In this document: positions 60,890 to 64,000 of the stretch, one piece after another | Layout: the number at the start of each line of letters is the position of its first letter | Position numbering within the stretch: the first letter of the stretch is position 1 | From: Blepharisma stoltei ATCC 30299 | Lineage: Eukaryota > Protista > Ciliophora | NCBI GenBank assembly: GCA_965603825.1 | Contig: CBFDEM010000020.1 | Location: 310,001 to 374,000, forward strand | Direction: 5' to 3' | DNA: 64,000 nucleotides | Program-made: the position numbers and the translations under genes | Notes under the pieces: model-generated | Told to the model about the DNA's origin: nothing | Databases searched by the model: none | Seen by the model: the letters and a program-made list of their open reading frames with translations, nothing else

Positions 60890-62161
60890 ATGAATACCTC
60901 GGTAAAAGTCAATGACCAAGAATTTATTTCAATTCCTCCTAATGAGCTTACAACCCAGCTTTTTCCGAATGAAAGAGAGGTTTTTCAATGTGAAGGCTGC
61001 TCAAGAATTATACCAAAGGCGCGTTTGAGTGTTCATAAATGTATGCAGGTGAAAAGAAAAATTGATAACGTCGAGTTTACACAGATCTCGATAGATAAGC
61101 ATAAATGTGAACTGTGTTGGAAAGAAATTCCTTTCATTTTTATAAGAATTCATGCATATAGTCATTACCATAATGATGAGAATATTGGTAATGAAGGTGA
61201 AGAAGTTGACGAGAGATATAAAGACATGATTTCTAATATTTTGAAAAAGAGGTCACAAGATGAATTAGAGAAAAAAGCACAAAAAGGGAACGGAAATATT
61301 AAAAATGAAGATGGAAAGGAAAACGAAAAGAAAAATGCAACGATAGAGATAAAAGAAAGCTCGAAGGCTACAGAAAATGAGAAGGAAAAAGAAAAGATCA
61401 AAGAAGTTAAAACAGACGCGAAGAAAAAGGATGAAAATAACGAAAATTCTAATACCATAGCCAAAATAATTGCTAAAAAAAGTTGCTCTAAGAAATGGAT
61501 GGCTTCAAGCCTTGAAAACGACAATGAGAATATAGTATTGAACAAATCTAAAAAAGAACAAATTGACAGCAGCAAAGTAAGTAACTCATCAAATAAGAAT
61601 CAACAATCACAAATAGGTAATAAAAAAGAAATAGGCAATATAGAAACAATTTCGCTCATAGATGACATCAAAACAAAGAAAACTTCAGGAAAAACAGAAA
61701 TTATATCCTCTAGAAAAATTAAGGAAGAAAAAGATATTAGAAAAAATCCTGCAGGCGGAGAAAATAATGCGCCCTTATCTAAAGCGTTGATGTCAAATCT
61801 AAACAATGAAAAAGTTAATAAAACGAATAGTGCAAATACTTCACCCTTAGTAGCAGAAAGGGCTGCAACCATATATAGAGAAGGTACTAACGAAAAAAAA
61901 ATAAAAAATCCAATACCGAATAAAGAATTTATTGGAAGCATGATAAAATCACTATCTAAAAGTGAACTAAAAGAAATTTATGATGACTGTTTTCAGGGAT
62001 TTGGAGATAAAAAAGACTCTGCTATGGAAACGATCAGAAAAGTAAGAATAACAGAATCGAAACTAAATCGCTTAGTTTATGTCCAAAACAGGTTTTTTGC
62101 AGCTAAAGTTCATCACGGATTTAGAAAAATGCATAAAAATTTGATGGATTTTTATGTGTAA
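60890..62161 (+). CDS. Hypothetical protein with two small zinc-finger-like motifs and a K/E/N-rich linker
   Basis: CEGC..HKC and CELC..H...H; 423-codon ORF, possibly extended to 62395 (see findings). Confidence 0.7.
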   Translation: MNTSVKVNDQEFISIPPNELTTQLFPNEREVFQCEGCSRIIPKARLSVHKCMQVKRKIDNVEFTQISIDKHKCELCWKEIPFIFIRIHAYSHYHNDENIGNEGEEVDERYKDMISNILKKRSQDELEKKAQKGNGNIKNEDGKENEKKNATIEIKESSKATENEKEKEKIKEVKTDAKKKDENNENSNTIAKIIAKKSCSKKWMASSLENDNENIVLNKSKKEQIDSSKVSNSSNKNQQSQIGNKKEIGNIETISLIDDIKTKKTSGKTEIISSRKIKEEKDIRKNPAGGENNAPLSKALMSNLNNEKVNKTNSANTSPLVAERAATIYREGTNEKKIKNPIPNKEFIGSMIKSLSKSELKEIYDDCFQGFGDKKDSAMETIRKVRITESKLNRLVYVQNRFFAAKVHHGFRKMHKNLMDFYV

Positions 62162-62448
62162 ATGAATTTTAATAAAATTTAGTTAATTTAACTCTTTCTT
62201 TCTAGATGTTTAAGTGAAGAAGCAATGCATCATGCTCTAAAATACAGATCACCACAAGCTTTTGATAGATCAAATTTTGAGTATGAATTTTGCAATAGGC
62301 TTAATAAAGTTAGAACAATAAGAATTCATATAACTACTGATAGAAAAATACTTAAACAATATTTAGAGCACAGATCCACTTTTTATATTAATTAAACTAC
62401 CAAAATTAAAAAAATATAATTGATTTTTAAAACAAATATTTGCTACAG

Positions 62449-64000
62449 CTATATCAATTCATCTCTTTCTCTGTTTCTTGCTGTAGTTAACCTATCAGAA
62501 GAATGACTAATCATTCTTACAAGCTCATTGCTTTTTGTATCAGTTTTGTGAAATCCATTTAAAGTGCTTCTCCTAGTTCTCGATTTTCCAACCCAAATTG
62601 CTAGATTCTTTCTAAGCTGATCCATAACGAGTTGATTCAGCGTTTCAGAGTTCAGATATCCACATCATGCTTCAAATAATGGTATGCAAATATTTTTCAA
62701 AAACCCTGCTTGGCTTTTTGCTATATCAGTAGTTTCTCTGTCACAGTACATTGAAACGGGCTGGTTTCTTGCCTTCTCTATGTCTCCTTGATTGAAAAAC
62801 TCTTCACATACAAGTGCTGTCCATTTTTCATGTAAATCAGTTACTTTTGCACTATGGCCAATATCTGAGCATTTAAGTGCCATGGCAAGAATTAATATTT
62901 TGTCTTCTTGCTTTTCTATATTTAAATCTGATAAATGAAGAGCCCTTGTTCTTCATCTTCCTAAGATTTCGAAATGCTTTGACATGTCGGTGTCTAAAAT
63001 CATTTCTACTATAAGTTTTCTGGCTTTTATTCAATCATCATTGCATAGCCCTTCAAAAATATTGCATCCAGGTCTCTGCATAATTAAGTATGTTTTGGAA
63101 CAATGCATATTTTCTAATACAGAACTGTCATTATACTGCAACGCTAATTCGTCTCTATTATTGACCAAAAATCGATTTGTCAATGCTTGATGACCTACAT
63201 CGTGCCCTAATGCAGCAATAATTGAAGACAAGATATCTAAGCTTCCCAGAGAAGGATAAAGGCTGCCATATTCACAAAAAAAAAGAAGTGTATGCAATAC
63301 ATCAGCAGCGTGACATGCATTATGATAGGGATTATGATTATAATTCTAAATAAAAATTACATTTTCAATGCATTTGAAATAGGCGTCACTAACATCTTCA
63401 CTGATGTTGAATTTCGTCTGCATATTCCATTTTTTTAACAAATATTTGGCGACTATAAAAATACTGTGTCCGGTAGAGGTATATACAAATCATATATCGA
63501 AGTTATAGTTTCTGCCCACTGTAGATAGAACACCTTCTAGCTCTGATTCTCCATAATTGCTGAATGGGAAATTTGTTTTAGGCTGGTCTTTATCACTATC
63601 TGTCATTGTAATTGGACGAGTTATTGATTTGGCATGAGTAGTTTCTTGAGGCTCCATGAAGTTTTCAATCATAAATGTTTTGTCGTCATCATCAATAAAG
63701 TGATCTTTCTCTATTTTAATTTCTTTCAGATATTTCCCGTGCGCAATTCTTCTCTTAACTTTTTCTATTTCAGTGCAAGTCCCTTTTAGCCTTGTTTTTA
63801 AGTCATTATAAATTATAACTTTACAGGCGTTTTTTATTTCTTTTTTTATACTATCGCAAGACTCTACAAGAACCTCAATTTCTGAGTTTATCGTTGCTTT
63901 AGATTGAAATTCTTGTGGAGGAAGTTCATATAATTCGTGCTCTTTATCAGCTCTTCAGAAGATTTGTCGAGTTCTGTAGTCAATTTGATGAGATTCTATC
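62449..64000 (-). CDS. Class I cyclic nucleotide phosphodiesterase, 5'-partial; exons >64000..63361 and 63345..62449
   Basis: NPYHNACHAADVLH, HDVGH..TNRFL, YNDSSVLENMH, TDMSKHF, KCSDIGH, EEFFNQGD, SQAGF; five TGA; stop TAG 62449-62451. Confidence 0.93.
63346..63360 (-). other. 15-nt spliceosomal intron GTAATTTTTATTTAG
   Basis: In-frame GT-AG segment whose last codon is TAG. Removal yields CIENNYNHNPYHN with normal PDE spacing. Confidence 0.9.

Noticed and set aside
1-64000. Genes as pseudogenes, selenoproteins, or Mycoplasma/mitochondrial DNA
   Set aside because: TGA aligns with Trp, not Cys, and frames stay intact. Histones, Rab, kinesin and spliceosomal introns show a eukaryotic nucleus.
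1-64000. UAR=Gln or fully ambiguous stop code (Tetrahymena or Condylostoma type)
   Set aside because: No in-frame TAA/TAG inside conserved domains except within tiny introns; conserved proteins end at TAA or TAG.
1-64000. Transposons, CRISPR arrays, rRNA or snRNA genes
   Set aside because: No transposase/RT motifs, long terminal repeats, spacer arrays, or U2/U5/U6/5S signatures recognised by eye.

Overview
AT-rich, very gene-dense eukaryotic nuclear DNA, most likely a heterotrich ciliate macronuclear genome (Blepharisma-like). The supplied ORF track is fragmented because it uses the wrong code. In-frame TGA falls on invariant Trp positions (MAPK ATR-W-YRAPE, kinase DV-W-S, chitin synthase QRRR-W, Yippee G-W-KY), and every gene ends in TAA or TAG, so UGA=Trp. 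With that code the fragments join into about 40 genes, plus one tRNA-Lys(UUU) and two tiny GT-AG introns (16 nt at 72-87, 15 nt at 63346-63360). Main highlights: (1) a three-gene inverted chitin synthase array in which one paralog has a C-terminal Cro/XRE-type helix-turn-helix; (2) extreme packing, with divergent ATGs 7, 18 and 29 bp apart, convergent stops overlapping by 4 bp, and a TAATG junction; (3) a divergent H3/H4 pair with altered modification sites; (4) unusual architectures: WD40-TRP-like channel-coiled coil, 5TM-3xPX, myosin TH1-AGC kinase, pentapeptide-WD40 lacking NACHT, a PARP-like protein, and a membrane-anchored aspartic pseudo-protease. All calls come from manual reading and motif recognition; no database searches were run.
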